DNA of 64,000 nt from Escherichia phage EP02SG, in sequence record PQ301181. One strand, written 5' to 3'. Under the pieces are notes generated by a model that was not told where the DNA came from, did no database searches, and saw nothing but the letters and a program-made list of their open reading frames with translations. A program made the translations under genes and the position numbers. Shown in pieces: positions 42,833 through 52,068 of the stretch. Within the stretch, counting starts at the first letter, position 1; every line of letters begins with the position of its first letter.

Positions 42833-43654
42833 TCACATATTATGTATAAGCACTTCAGTTTGAAATGATGCGCCCTTCTTTTGCTTCCTATACATGGTTT
42901 CAAAATATTCAATTTTAAAATTATTAGAAAGAGCCCAATCTTTTAAAATATAATTATTAATATCGTCTGATAGATTATTAGTGATAATAAATTTAGACTT
43001 TGATTGTTTAATTTTGTCTAATAATTCTAATTCATCCTTTTCTTCCCAGCCTGAATATTTAAATTTAGTAGAAAGATACGGCGGGTCAATGAATAAATTT
43101 TTGTTTTCAAAATCTAAATCTCTGAATGATTTATTACTAAATGTAAATCGGTGCTGTCTATTTTTAAATTCAGAAAATTTATCCTTCTGAGACTTATTAA
43201 AAGAAGTTCTGGAATACTTGGCTCTATTGGCGAAAGCCGCGTTATAGTTACCATTACTAGAAAATCGGATTAACGAACTGAATGAAAATAAATGTAGAAC
43301 ATAAAGATATAATCCGTTTTTGGTTTTATCGTATTCTTTTGAAAGATTATAAAAAGGTGCTGGATCTTTGTCATTCAAATTAAAGTCTTCAATAATTTGA
43401 ACTATATCATTAATTGAAGATGATTTCATCTTGTTATACATATCTATAAGAGGAGTATTAATATCATTACATATAACATCTCTCTGACAATTCATAGAAA
43501 ATCCAAGACCACCACAAAAAGCATCCAAAACAGGCTTATCGTCAAAGCGGTTTGAAAATTGTCTAATAAATGGCATATACTTATGTTTTGCACCTGGATA
43601 TGTTATGGCAGGTAGGTCTTTCATTTTATTTCTCGTTGTTAGTGACTCGTCCAT
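42833..43654 (-). CDS. Dam-family (D12 class) DNA N6-adenine methyltransferase
   Basis: 273-aa ORF; AdoMet motif DAFCGG and catalytic FIDPPY; overall pattern resembles T4 Dam as recalled; markedly more AT-rich than flanking nrdA/nrdB. Confidence 0.8.
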   Translation of the reverse strand: MDESLTTRNKMKDLPAITYPGAKHKYMPFIRQFSNRFDDKPVLDAFCGGLGFSMNCQRDVICNDINTPLIDMYNKMKSSSINDIVQIIEDFNLNDKDPAPFYNLSKEYDKTKNGLYLYVLHLFSFSSLIRFSSNGNYNAAFANRAKYSRTSFNKSQKDKFSEFKNRQHRFTFSNKSFRDLDFENKNLFIDPPYLSTKFKYSGWEEKDELELLDKIKQSKSKFIITNNLSDDINNYILKDWALSNNFKIEYFETMYRKQKKGASFQTEVLIHNM

Positions 43655-43667
43655 GAGTCAAATTATA

Positions 43668-45923
43668 TCATAATTTACAGGATGAACAATCTTCAGCTTT
43701 AGGTGTTTCTAATTCATAGTCATCTGTACCTGACCCATCACGAGTGTTATGATAGTAGAGGTTTTTTCCGCCAAAGTACCAGAAGTAAAGCAGATCGTCA
43801 AGCATTACTGACATTGGTACTTTACCTTTCTCAAATACCGCAGGGTCATAGTAAGTATTAGCAGAAGCAGATTGGCACACCCATTTCAACATGATAGCAA
43901 CTTGGGTCAAATAAGGTTTATTACCTTTCTTAGCAAGTTTCCACGCGTAGTCGTAAAGACTCATGTTATGTTCTATATTAGGAACAACCTGACGGAAGTT
44001 GCCTTCTTTAGATTCTTTAATACTTACTGGACCGCGCGGTGGCTCAATCCCATTTGTAGAGTTCGATACTTGACTGCTTGACTCACAAGGCATGAGTGCA
44101 GACAACGTTGAGTTACGAATTCCATGTTCTTTGAGTTCAGCTCGAAGTTCTTCCCAGTCACAGACGTAGTTCGGGGCTGCGATTTGGTCAATCTTTTTAT
44201 TGTACCAGTCGATAGGTAATTCGCCTCTAGACCATTTAGTGTCTGAATAATACTCACAAGGCCCTTTTTCTTTGGCGAGCTTGATTGAAGCTTTGATAAG
44301 GCCATATTGCAATCTCTCAAACAATTCATGAGTCAAATCGTTAGCGTCTTCATATGAAGCAAAGTTAGAAGCTAACCATGCAGCATAGTTCGTAACACCA
44401 ACACCAAGATTACGACGCTTTTTAGCTTTTAAAGCTTCTGGAACCGGATAATCTTGATAGTCTAACAGGTTATCAAGTGCACGTACTTGTACTTCAGCAA
44501 GTTCATTAATTTTATCTTGGTCTTGCCAATCAAATTTATCTAATACAAAAGCAGATAATGTGCATAAACCAATTTCAGCATCAGGACCATTCACATCATT
44601 AGTCGGAATAGCGATTTCACAACATAAGTTACTCTGACGAATTGGAGCTTTTTCACGAATAAACGGAGTGTAGTTATTCGTGTTATCAACGAATTGTGGA
44701 TAAATTCGAGCAGTACCAGAACGTTCAGTCATGAACAATTCAAAGAGTTCTAGTGCTTTGATTCTTTTCTTTCTGATTGTCGGGTCTTTTTCAGCTTTCT
44801 CATAAAGCTCACGGAATTTATCTTGATCTTCAAAGAACGAGTAGTATAGTTCGCCTGACATTTCGTGAGGGCTAAATAAAGTAATATAATCATTTTTACC
44901 AAGGCGTTCCATCATAAGGTCATTAATCTGAATTCCGTAGTCCATATGTCGAATACGGTTTTCATCCACGCCTTTGTTATTTTTCAGAACTAATAGGTTC
45001 TCTACTTCTAAGTGCCACATCGGATAATACGCTGTAGCAGCACCACCACGAATACCACCTTGAGAACAAGATTTTACTGCGGTTTGGAAATGTTTCCAGA
45101 ATGGAATAACACCTGTATGTCGAACTTCACCCATACCGATCTTAGAACCTTCTGCACGAAGCATACCGACGTTGATACCGATACCAGCTCGTTTAGAAAT
45201 ATATTCAATAATTGATGCTGAAGTTTTGTTAATAGATTTTAACGAATCACCGGCTTCAATAACTACACAACTAGAGAACTGGCGAGTTGGAGTACGAGCA
45301 CCTGCCATAATTGGGGTAGGCAATGAAACTTGATGAGTAGAAACGGCATCATAAAAACGAATAATATGTTTCAAACGGTCATGAGTTTCGTCTTGATGTA
45401 AGGCCATACCAATAGCCATGATAGCAAACTGTGGAGTTTCATAAATCTTCCCAGTTGTTTTATCTTTAACTAGATATTTTTCTTTAAGCTGCATAGCACC
45501 AGCATAAGTCAGATCAAAGTCTCGTTCATGTTTAATCTGTGAATCGAGATAAATGATTTCTTCTGCTGAATATTGAGACAACAGCTCAGGGTCATATTTG
45601 CCTTCATTAACACAGTAAGAAATATGGTCGATAAAAGCAGGAGGTTCAAACTGTCCGTATACATCTTTACGAAGTGCAAACATTAGCCCTTTGGCGGCGA
45701 CATACTGATAATCAGGTTCTTCGACAGAAATCAAGTTAGCTGCAACTTTAATACAAATCTTCTGAATATCTTTGGTGCTCATCCCATCGACAAGATGGGT
45801 TTTAATTTCTTCGTACAATTCATATGGGTCAATTTGTGTTCCTTCACATTGCCAAGTTAAGACTTGAATAATTTTCTGTGCATCAAAATTTTGGGATACA
45901 CCACTACTCTTAGTTACTTGCAT
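43668..45923 (-). CDS. nrdA: Ribonucleotide reductase alpha subunit (NrdA)
   Basis: 751-aa ORF; class Ia RNR large-subunit features; T4 NrdA ~754 aa. Confidence 0.95.
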   Translation of the reverse strand: MQVTKSSGVSQNFDAQKIIQVLTWQCEGTQIDPYELYEEIKTHLVDGMSTKDIQKICIKVAANLISVEEPDYQYVAAKGLMFALRKDVYGQFEPPAFIDHISYCVNEGKYDPELLSQYSAEEIIYLDSQIKHERDFDLTYAGAMQLKEKYLVKDKTTGKIYETPQFAIMAIGMALHQDETHDRLKHIIRFYDAVSTHQVSLPTPIMAGARTPTRQFSSCVVIEAGDSLKSINKTSASIIEYISKRAGIGINVGMLRAEGSKIGMGEVRHTGVIPFWKHFQTAVKSCSQGGIRGGAATAYYPMWHLEVENLLVLKNNKGVDENRIRHMDYGIQINDLMMERLGKNDYITLFSPHEMSGELYYSFFEDQDKFRELYEKAEKDPTIRKKRIKALELFELFMTERSGTARIYPQFVDNTNNYTPFIREKAPIRQSNLCCEIAIPTNDVNGPDAEIGLCTLSAFVLDKFDWQDQDKINELAEVQVRALDNLLDYQDYPVPEALKAKKRRNLGVGVTNYAAWLASNFASYEDANDLTHELFERLQYGLIKASIKLAKEKGPCEYYSDTKWSRGELPIDWYNKKIDQIAAPNYVCDWEELRAELKEHGIRNSTLSALMPCESSSQVSNSTNGIEPPRGPVSIKESKEGNFRQVVPNIEHNMSLYDYAWKLAKKGNKPYLTQVAIMLKWVCQSASANTYYDPAVFEKGKVPMSVMLDDLLYFWYFGGKNLYYHNTRDGSGTDDYELETPKAEDCSSCKL

Positions 45924-46010
45924 ATATTCCTCAGTATAGGTTGATAGACATTACTCCAAACGGGATGGTATTTATCCCGTTAATTTATTATACACTTTTA
46001 AACTGAAGCG

Positions 46011-46265
46011 TTAATTATCCTCATCAATAATTTCTTCGTATTCTTTAGGTGTCAAGACTGTGATATCGAAATAAACCACCGGTTCTTTTTCTATACCGTA
46101 ACCACCACAAAATTCACGATATTCATAAATTCGTTCATGTGAATAGCAAATGAATCGTTCACCTTTAATTGTGATTTCACTATTCGGTGAAGGGATATCC
46201 AGTTCGGTAGGATTTTTCATTTCAAAAATTGTGGTGCCATATGAATTAATAAAACGTAAAATCAT
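46011..46265 (-). CDS. Hypothetical protein (84 aa)
   Basis: Small ORF between td and nrdA, 1-nt spacing from td. Confidence 0.5.
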   Translation of the reverse strand: MILRFINSYGTTIFEMKNPTELDIPSPNSEITIKGERFICYSHERIYEYREFCGGYGIEKEPVVYFDITVLTPKEYEEIIDEDN

Positions 46266-46266
46266 T

Positions 46267-47127
46267 TTATACCGCCATTTTAGCTTTGATAGCTGGATGT
46301 GATTCGTAATTTTTAAGAACGAAATCAGAATGTGTCATCGTTCCAGTAACCCAGTCCATTTGGATTTTTGTAGGCCAATTCTCAAAATTACTAGGCCAAT
46401 TAATTTCAAGAGAACATAACTCTTTAGGTTCACGACGAAGAACTTCTTTGCATTGTTCTACATGATTGCTGTAGATATGCGTGTTGCCGCCTGAGAACAC
46501 TAAATCACCTGGGATAAGGTTACACATCTTCGCTACAATATGCGTCAAGGCAGCGTACGAGGCAATGTTGAACGGCAGACCCAAGAAAACATCTACACTG
46601 CGTTGATACCATTGTAAATCAAGATGTCCATTACGCACGTTAAATTGATAGAACATATGACAAGGAGGAAGAGCCATTTGGTCAATTTCAGCCGGGTTCC
46701 ATGCAGAAACTATTTGACGACGATCATTAGGAAGAGCTTTAATACGGTCGATAGTTTTGACCAATTGGTCTACACCGCCGAAATCACGCCATTGCTTACC
46801 ATAAATAGGACCAAGTTCGCCGCTATGATATCCAAGGTCTTTTGCCTGATTTTCATAGTTGTCGTCCCAAATAGTTTTACCTTGAATAAGACTACCATGA
46901 GTACGAATACGCAAATCATTAACATTGGTAGAACCAGACATGAACCACAGTAACTCGGCAATACAAGCTTTCCATGCTAATTTCTTAGTTGTTACCGCAG
47001 GGAATCCTTTAGTCAGATCCCATCGCAATTTAGTTCCGAACAGGGCAATAGTGCCTGTACCTGTACGGTCGTCTGTTTCGTAGCCATTTTCTAAGATATC
47101 TTTAATCAGGTATTGGTATTGTTTCAT
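46267..47127 (-). CDS. td: Thymidylate synthase (Td), intron-less
   Basis: Uninterrupted 286-aa ORF (T4 Td 286 aa after intron removal); catalytic Cys context MALPPCHMFYQF. Confidence 0.95.
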   Translation of the reverse strand: MKQYQYLIKDILENGYETDDRTGTGTIALFGTKLRWDLTKGFPAVTTKKLAWKACIAELLWFMSGSTNVNDLRIRTHGSLIQGKTIWDDNYENQAKDLGYHSGELGPIYGKQWRDFGGVDQLVKTIDRIKALPNDRRQIVSAWNPAEIDQMALPPCHMFYQFNVRNGHLDLQWYQRSVDVFLGLPFNIASYAALTHIVAKMCNLIPGDLVFSGGNTHIYSNHVEQCKEVLRREPKELCSLEINWPSNFENWPTKIQMDWVTGTMTHSDFVLKNYESHPAIKAKMAV

Positions 47128-47711
47128 TTATAAACGCTCTCAGTAATTTCGGTGAGTTCATCGATTCTGTAGTAATGAGATTCTACCATAGAACGTTGAA
47201 GCATAATATCTTGGACGAAATCTTTATCAAGTTGAACATCGGAATTAACACGACATTTCTTAATGATTTTAGTCATCACGATTTCATCGGCATAAGGCAG
47301 TGCTTGTTTTAATAAGGCAGGACCGCCAATAACCGAGACATCAACATGTTCAGTAGAAAGTTTAAACGGTACGTCAGTTGCAGGGCTAAACAGGTTAATT
47401 TCACCACCTGTTACCAAGGTAATAAATTCAGATTGGGTGATATAGAACCGTGCAAGTTCGTTGGTTTTAGTCCTAGGCAGTTTTCTGGCCATATCAGTGA
47501 CAACCACATGAGTACGATCTGGTAGTAGACGAGGTAATGATGCAAAAGTCTTAGCACCCATAACCATTACAGTGTTTTTAGTGCGAGCAACAAAGTTACT
47601 CATATCTTGTTTGATATGCTTCCATGGAAGTCCATCACCTAATCCAAAAGCATATTCCAGTTTATCATCAACTGTTTTAGACGGTGCGCATGCGAATACT
47701 AATTTAAGCAT
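47124..47711 (-). CDS. frd: Dihydrofolate reductase (Frd)
   Basis: 195 aa from the internal ATG (MLKLVFACAPSKTVD...); T4 Frd 193 aa; 4-nt overlap with td. Confidence 0.88.
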   Translation of the reverse strand: MLKLVFACAPSKTVDDKLEYAFGLGDGLPWKHIKQDMSNFVARTKNTVMVMGAKTFASLPRLLPDRTHVVVTDMARKLPRTKTNELARFYITQSEFITLVTGGEINLFSPATDVPFKLSTEHVDVSVIGGPALLKQALPYADEIVMTKIIKKCRVNSDVQLDKDFVQDIMLQRSMVESHYYRIDELTEITESVYK

Positions 47712-47952
47712 TTTTAAGTCCTTTAATAACTTTTTGGATTTGTGATTTAGAAGAAACCAAATCAGTCTGGATTTGACAACCATCGGTTGGGTCAAATATT
47801 ATAACACAAACGCGAGGTTTTGTTGTGTATCGCCCGGACAAATCAAATGCGTCACCAATGAATTCGGCCAAATCCGGATGGTCTAAATTAACTGAAGTAT
47901 AAACTTCATATCCGACATCAGCGCCTTGAGAGTATTCAACAACAACATTCAT
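47704..47952 (-). CDS. Hypothetical protein (positional equivalent of T4 frd.1)
   Basis: 82-aa ORF, 8-nt overlap with frd start. Confidence 0.5.
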   Translation of the reverse strand: MNVVVEYSQGADVGYEVYTSVNLDHPDLAEFIGDAFDLSGRYTTKPRVCVIIFDPTDGCQIQTDLVSSKSQIQKVIKGLKNA

Positions 47953-47954
47953 AA

Positions 47955-48203
47955 TTATTTCCTCAGATTTTTCTTAACAACTTTCCAATCAGCTTTAAAC
48001 TGATCGACGTCAGAATGATAAATCCAGAATCCTGCACTTTCACCATCTTCGTAGAGTGGACATCCATCACATTCTTCGTTCCAACCCATTTCTCGTAAAG
48101 CTTCTTCAGCTTGTTCAAGGAGTTCAGCGTCTTTACCGACGATGTTGAAGTACCATTTACCTCTAACTTCCGAATCTTTGATGCTCTGGCGTTGCAATCT
48201 CAT
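47955..48203 (-). CDS. Hypothetical protein (positional equivalent of T4 frd.2), Cys-containing acidic
   Basis: 82-aa ORF; ATG start verified. Confidence 0.5.
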   Translation of the reverse strand: MRLQRQSIKDSEVRGKWYFNIVGKDAELLEQAEEALREMGWNEECDGCPLYEDGESAGFWIYHSDVDQFKADWKVVKKNLRK

Positions 48204-48238
48204 TTTATTCTCCGCTTCACTTTTGATTTGATAGGGCT

Positions 48239-48268
48239 ACTATAACATAACCCTATCTGATTGTACAC
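48239..48268 (-). promoter_or_regulatory. Candidate early promoter with -10 flanked by a 7-bp inverted repeat
   Basis: Minus strand reads TGTACA - 17 nt - TATAGT; inverted repeat GATAGGG (48230-48236) / CCCTATC (48251-48257). Confidence 0.4.
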
Positions 48269-48672
48269 TACTTTTTAAAAGTTTTTTGCAAAAGTTTGAT
48301 GATTTCGTCGACGTTGGTTTCATCTACGATACAATGGATTTTTGTTACACCTAAAGTTATACCTTCGTTAGTAGGTTGAGGCTTTTCTAAAGTTACCTCA
48401 GTAAAGTACTCAATAAAGTATTTGAACTCGTCAGGATAAATCTCAAAATAAGTTTCAATTTCACCACCAGCAGAACATACCGTACCATCTTCCATAGTTA
48501 CACTTACTACGTTTGACGTATCGCTATCATAATCAGGTTCCATTCCGTTTACAACAAAACTAGGCCCGTGGAGTTCAATCAATTTTAACATCTTAGCGTT
48601 ATTGTGTGGCGCTTCTTGAACAAAGTCGTCTTTAAACAAAGGGTTAATGATATAAGATTTTCCGATTTCCAT
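48268..48672 (-). CDS. Hypothetical protein (positional equivalent of T4 frd.3)
   Basis: 134-aa ORF; early promoter upstream. Confidence 0.55.
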   Translation of the reverse strand: MEIGKSYIINPLFKDDFVQEAPHNNAKMLKLIELHGPSFVVNGMEPDYDSDTSNVVSVTMEDGTVCSAGGEIETYFEIYPDEFKYFIEYFTEVTLEKPQPTNEGITLGVTKIHCIVDETNVDEIIKLLQKTFKK

Positions 48673-48700
48673 TTTGATTTCCTCATGTTGTTGATAGGTC

Positions 48701-48730
48701 TATACTAACACATCCAGGGAAGAAGTAAAC
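48701..48730 (-). promoter_or_regulatory. Early promoter
   Basis: Minus strand reads GTTTACT - 16/17 nt - TAGTAT, between the gene 32 terminator and ORF 48268-48672. Confidence 0.45.
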
Positions 48731-48754
48731 AACTTTTTCGGCAATTTACAGATA

Positions 48755-48779
48755 CTCAAAAGGGAGACCGAAGTCTCCC
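48755..48779 (-). terminator. Terminator after gene 32 (minus strand)
   Basis: GGGAGAC-CGAA-GTCTCCC preceded by AAAA on the plus strand. Confidence 0.75.
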
Positions 48780-48785
48780 GATTTA

Positions 48786-49688
48786 TTATAGACCGGCTAA
48801 CAGGTCATCGAGGTCACCATCATCAGAGGATGAGGTAGAGCTCATGAAGTCATCTTCAGTTTTTGCAGAACTAAAGGCTTCCATGTCTTTATCAAAATCG
48901 TCAAGGTCAGAAGCAACTTTATCTGCAACAGAAGCTGCTGCGGCTGCTGCACCACCAAGAGCGGCAGTACCAAGAACCTTAGCGAAAGATTCATTTAATT
49001 TTTCAAAGGATTTGAACTGGTCTTTAGCCGTCAAAGTAGTAAGGTCTACCATCTGGTCATATAGTTCTTTCTGGAATGCTTCGTCATTAATACGAGGAAT
49101 TTCAGATTGACCCAAGAATTTAGATTCATCATAGTTGCTAAAACCGGAAACCTGCTTAGCTTTCAGAACGAAGTTAGCACCTTCAAACGGGCAAGTAACA
49201 TCAACCGGAGTTTCACCCATTTCGGTATCAACTGCAATCATTGCATTGATTTTGTCCCAAATCTTTTTACCGAAACGATATTTAAATACTTTACCTTCAT
49301 TATCTGGAGCTTGAGGGTCTTTAACAACCAGAATATTAGCCCAATAAGAAGTTTTACGTTTCAGTTGAGAATATTCAGTTTTGTTGGTATTGTACAGGTC
49401 ATTTTTAATAATGTACTGACATACAGGACAAGAGTCATAATCACCATGTGTAGAAGAGCAATTTTCAATATACCATTTACCATTTTTCTTGAAACCGTGG
49501 TTAACAAGAATTGCAAATGGAAGTGCGTCATCTGTTTTTGCCGGCAGGAAACGAATTACCGCTTGACCATTACCGGATGCATCGAGTTTCAGCTTCCATT
49601 CACCTTTATCTTCTGAAGAGAAACCTTTGTTACCATTCAGTTTAGCCATCTGAGCTGCGAGGTCTGCGGTACTTTTACGTTTAAACAT
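48786..49688 (-). CDS. 32: Single-stranded DNA-binding protein (gp32)
   Basis: 300-aa ORF nearly identical to T4 gp32 as recalled; zinc site Cys/His cluster; acidic C-terminal tail. Confidence 0.96.
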   Translation of the reverse strand: MFKRKSTADLAAQMAKLNGNKGFSSEDKGEWKLKLDASGNGQAVIRFLPAKTDDALPFAILVNHGFKKNGKWYIENCSSTHGDYDSCPVCQYIIKNDLYNTNKTEYSQLKRKTSYWANILVVKDPQAPDNEGKVFKYRFGKKIWDKINAMIAVDTEMGETPVDVTCPFEGANFVLKAKQVSGFSNYDESKFLGQSEIPRINDEAFQKELYDQMVDLTTLTAKDQFKSFEKLNESFAKVLGTAALGGAAAAAASVADKVASDLDDFDKDMEAFSSAKTEDDFMSSTSSSDDGDLDDLLAGL

Positions 49689-49768
49689 TTTATTTGCCTT
49701 TATTTAGATTATTAATTAAATTTTACAGTTGGTTGCTACGACACTTATACCTCGTAGCTGGTATGATT

Positions 49769-49776
49769 TATTTATA
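49769..49776 (-). promoter_or_regulatory. Candidate late promoter (minus strand) upstream of gene 32
   Basis: TATTTATA on plus strand (TATAAATA on minus) ~80 nt upstream of the gene 32 start. Confidence 0.35.
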
Positions 49777-49804
49777 AAGTAATTTTAACACACAAGAAAT
49801 AAAG

Positions 49805-50458
49805 CTAATACTTACATGATTTGATTGTTTCTATGAACAATTTCTTAGCAGCATTTCCATCGATTTGAAGTATTTTTCGATATGCCTTTAATTTGGTAGA
49901 ATAATTTTGCCAGACTAAATTATCGGTGAGTTCATCGTGCTTATCTATAATATTCAAAAATGAGTCCAACAATAAGAAAGTCTCAAATGAAATTATATTG
50001 CTTTGTAGCAATTTGAATATGTAGCTCGACTGAACGTTGTTATTATAATCAAATATCTCTTGAAGCGCACTAACTTCAACTTTCTTACTGAAATAGTAGA
50101 TGTTACGTACGTCTTCGGCAAACGTCTCCTTAGCTTGTTTGAGACGTCCAATATATTCCCTATAGAAAACTAATGCATCAGCGTCTGATATCTCACCAAT
50201 CCATGCATCTTGGTTAGCAACTAAGTTGCTTATGAATATCAAGGTGAGTTCCTTCAATTTATATTTCTCTGATAGTTTTTCAAAGAAATATTTATCTCGG
50301 CGTTTTTGATACGCATTATCCGAAACACGCATGCACCAGTTATATTTGATTACGTCATACCGACCATTAAAATGTTGTTTGCACATCAAGTATAGTTTGT
50401 ATACCGATTTTCCGTTAATATAACGTTCTCCATCAGGAGGCATGCGTATTTTAATCAT
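49805..50458 (-). CDS. 59: Helicase loader gp59
   Basis: 217-aa ORF, same length as T4 gp59; position next to gene 32. Confidence 0.9.
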   Translation of the reverse strand: MIKIRMPPDGERYINGKSVYKLYLMCKQHFNGRYDVIKYNWCMRVSDNAYQKRRDKYFFEKLSEKYKLKELTLIFISNLVANQDAWIGEISDADALVFYREYIGRLKQAKETFAEDVRNIYYFSKKVEVSALQEIFDYNNNVQSSYIFKLLQSNIISFETFLLLDSFLNIIDKHDELTDNLVWQNYSTKLKAYRKILQIDGNAAKKLFIETIKSCKY

Positions 50459-50793
50459 AATAAGAAATCTAACGTATTAGTTTTTTCACCACGAGCAACT
50501 GATGGGCGAAGCATGTTTTCGTCAATTGCTTCGCTTGTAATTTTTTCAACAATTCCTGTAGGAATAAATTTAGCAAATTGTGTTTCTGGAATAGAATTTT
50601 CTTCTAAGAAAGCAGTTGTTGCTTCTAAATAAGACATACCAAATTGTTCAACCATGGATTCGATAATGAATCCGTTTTCTTGTCGGTCAAGCAATTTAGC
50701 GATATCATCTTTATCGTGTTTTACTGCTAATTCTTGTTCAGATAAACCGGTCTCATCAACCGGTTTAATATCACTTAGTGAAAACTGTGTCAT
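50455..50793 (-). CDS. 33: Late transcription co-activator gp33
   Basis: 112-aa ORF, same length as T4 gp33; 4-nt overlap with gene 59. Confidence 0.85.
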   Translation of the reverse strand: MTQFSLSDIKPVDETGLSEQELAVKHDKDDIAKLLDRQENGFIIESMVEQFGMSYLEATTAFLEENSIPETQFAKFIPTGIVEKITSEAIDENMLRPSVARGEKTNTLDFLL

Positions 50794-51040
50794 AAAGCTC
50801 GACTACCTCTTCGTTTTCAGCTTCAAATTGATCACGAGCGTCTTTATGATAAAGAGCTAACAAACGATTAAACATTTTTCCATCGACGCCAAGCTCTTCT
50901 TTAGCACGAGTACGAATGTCTTTAATCAGTTCATTATAACCAGAAATTTTAAGTTTGTTATCGGAAGCTTCCTTGACTAGTTTAGCCAGTTCTTCACCAT
51001 GCACATCTTGATTAAATTCAACTGCTTCTTTCTTAGCCAT
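50771..51040 (-). CDS. dsbA: dsDNA-binding protein DsbA (late transcription enhancer)
   Basis: 89 aa from the internal ATG (MAKKEAVEF...); T4 DsbA is 89 aa. Confidence 0.7.
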   Translation of the reverse strand: MAKKEAVEFNQDVHGEELAKLVKEASDNKLKISGYNELIKDIRTRAKEELGVDGKMFNRLLALYHKDARDQFEAENEEVVELYDTVFTK

Positions 51041-51047
51041 GTTTACC

Positions 51048-51965
51048 TCAGAATTCATTAATTACACTTGTTAATTTAAAAAGACCAGATTTTACAAAGT
51101 ATGAATAAATCTTGCCTTTAGGTTGTGGTTTATATGAGTTATAATACTCTATAATGGTTGAAGCAATATTATCAGGGATATAATCAAAATCAATAAGAAC
51201 CAAATTTTCTTGATACCGTTTATATTCTTCTGCACTTAATAATACTTCAGCTTGAGAACGGTCATTGGCAATTGCTTCAATAATCGTTGTTTTCATGCTC
51301 GGAGTTCGTTCACCATCAACTCTGGTAAACCAGAAGTCGCCACGAACTCGAACAGATGCAACGCCGTCTTTACGGTCACCTTTAAGAATTTTAGTCATGC
51401 AATCAATTTCAGCAGAACCGTTCTTAATTTTAACCCATTTTTTCTGTGGTGGCGACCACTGTTTAACGTTAGGATATTTGTGTAATTGTGTAAAGTCACC
51501 ATCTGATGCAACAATACATACCTTATGACCAGCTAATGACAAATATTTAGTTAATACACCGATATGGTCATCCGCTTCATACTTGTCAATATCCATTACA
51601 ACGTACGGCATGTATTTCTTAATCTCATCAACAACTTGACGGAGTGCAGTAAAATATCCTTCCCAATCCCACTTTGAAGCTTCACGATCGGTTTTACGAT
51701 TTTTCTTGTAATAGTAAGCAAAGTCACGACGCCAATAACCTGAAGTAGCATTATCCATACACAATACAAATTTTGTATAGCCTTGCTTACGGAACATCAC
51801 TACGTTTTTACGAATTGAATTCAAGATTACATGGCGAACCATCGGAACAGTAATTTTATCGCCATCTTCAAAGTTGTTTAATGCGGCTGCCAATGCAATG
51901 TTACTAAAGTCGGCAAGTGCAATACCTTCTTTGTAATCTTCATCCAACATCATTTCTAAATCCAT
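51048..51965 (-). CDS. rnh: RNase H / 5-prime to 3-prime exonuclease (Rnh)
   Basis: 305-aa ORF, same length as T4 RNase H; early promoter 51998-52027. Confidence 0.9.
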   Translation of the reverse strand: MDLEMMLDEDYKEGIALADFSNIALAAALNNFEDGDKITVPMVRHVILNSIRKNVVMFRKQGYTKFVLCMDNATSGYWRRDFAYYYKKNRKTDREASKWDWEGYFTALRQVVDEIKKYMPYVVMDIDKYEADDHIGVLTKYLSLAGHKVCIVASDGDFTQLHKYPNVKQWSPPQKKWVKIKNGSAEIDCMTKILKGDRKDGVASVRVRGDFWFTRVDGERTPSMKTTIIEAIANDRSQAEVLLSAEEYKRYQENLVLIDFDYIPDNIASTIIEYYNSYKPQPKGKIYSYFVKSGLFKLTSVINEF

Positions 51966-51997
51966 ATGAACCTCTTGTTCAGTTAGTCAACTTGTCT

Positions 51998-52027
51998 ATA
52001 GTAACATACTCATTTGAAAGCGTAAAC
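51998..52027 (-). promoter_or_regulatory. Early promoter for rnh
   Basis: Minus strand reads GTTTACG - 17 nt - TACTAT, ~33 nt upstream of the rnh ATG; back-to-back with the gene 34 late promoter. Confidence 0.55.
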
Positions 52028-52030
52028 TGG

Positions 52031-52038
52031 TATAAATA
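52031..52038 (+). promoter_or_regulatory. Late promoter TATAAATA for gene 34
   Basis: Exact TATAAATA ~31 nt upstream of the gene 34 ATG. Confidence 0.65.
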
Positions 52039-52068
52039 AGTATTATTGAAACAATAAAGGAAAAACGA

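Noticed and set aside
41619-47127. Group I introns in nrdB and td
   Set aside because: Both genes are continuous ORFs of full expected length, so no intron is present.
47124-47795. 223-aa ORF as the frd product
   Set aside because: The N-terminal 28 codons overlap the upstream ORF; the internal ATG yields a 195-aa DHFR of canonical length.
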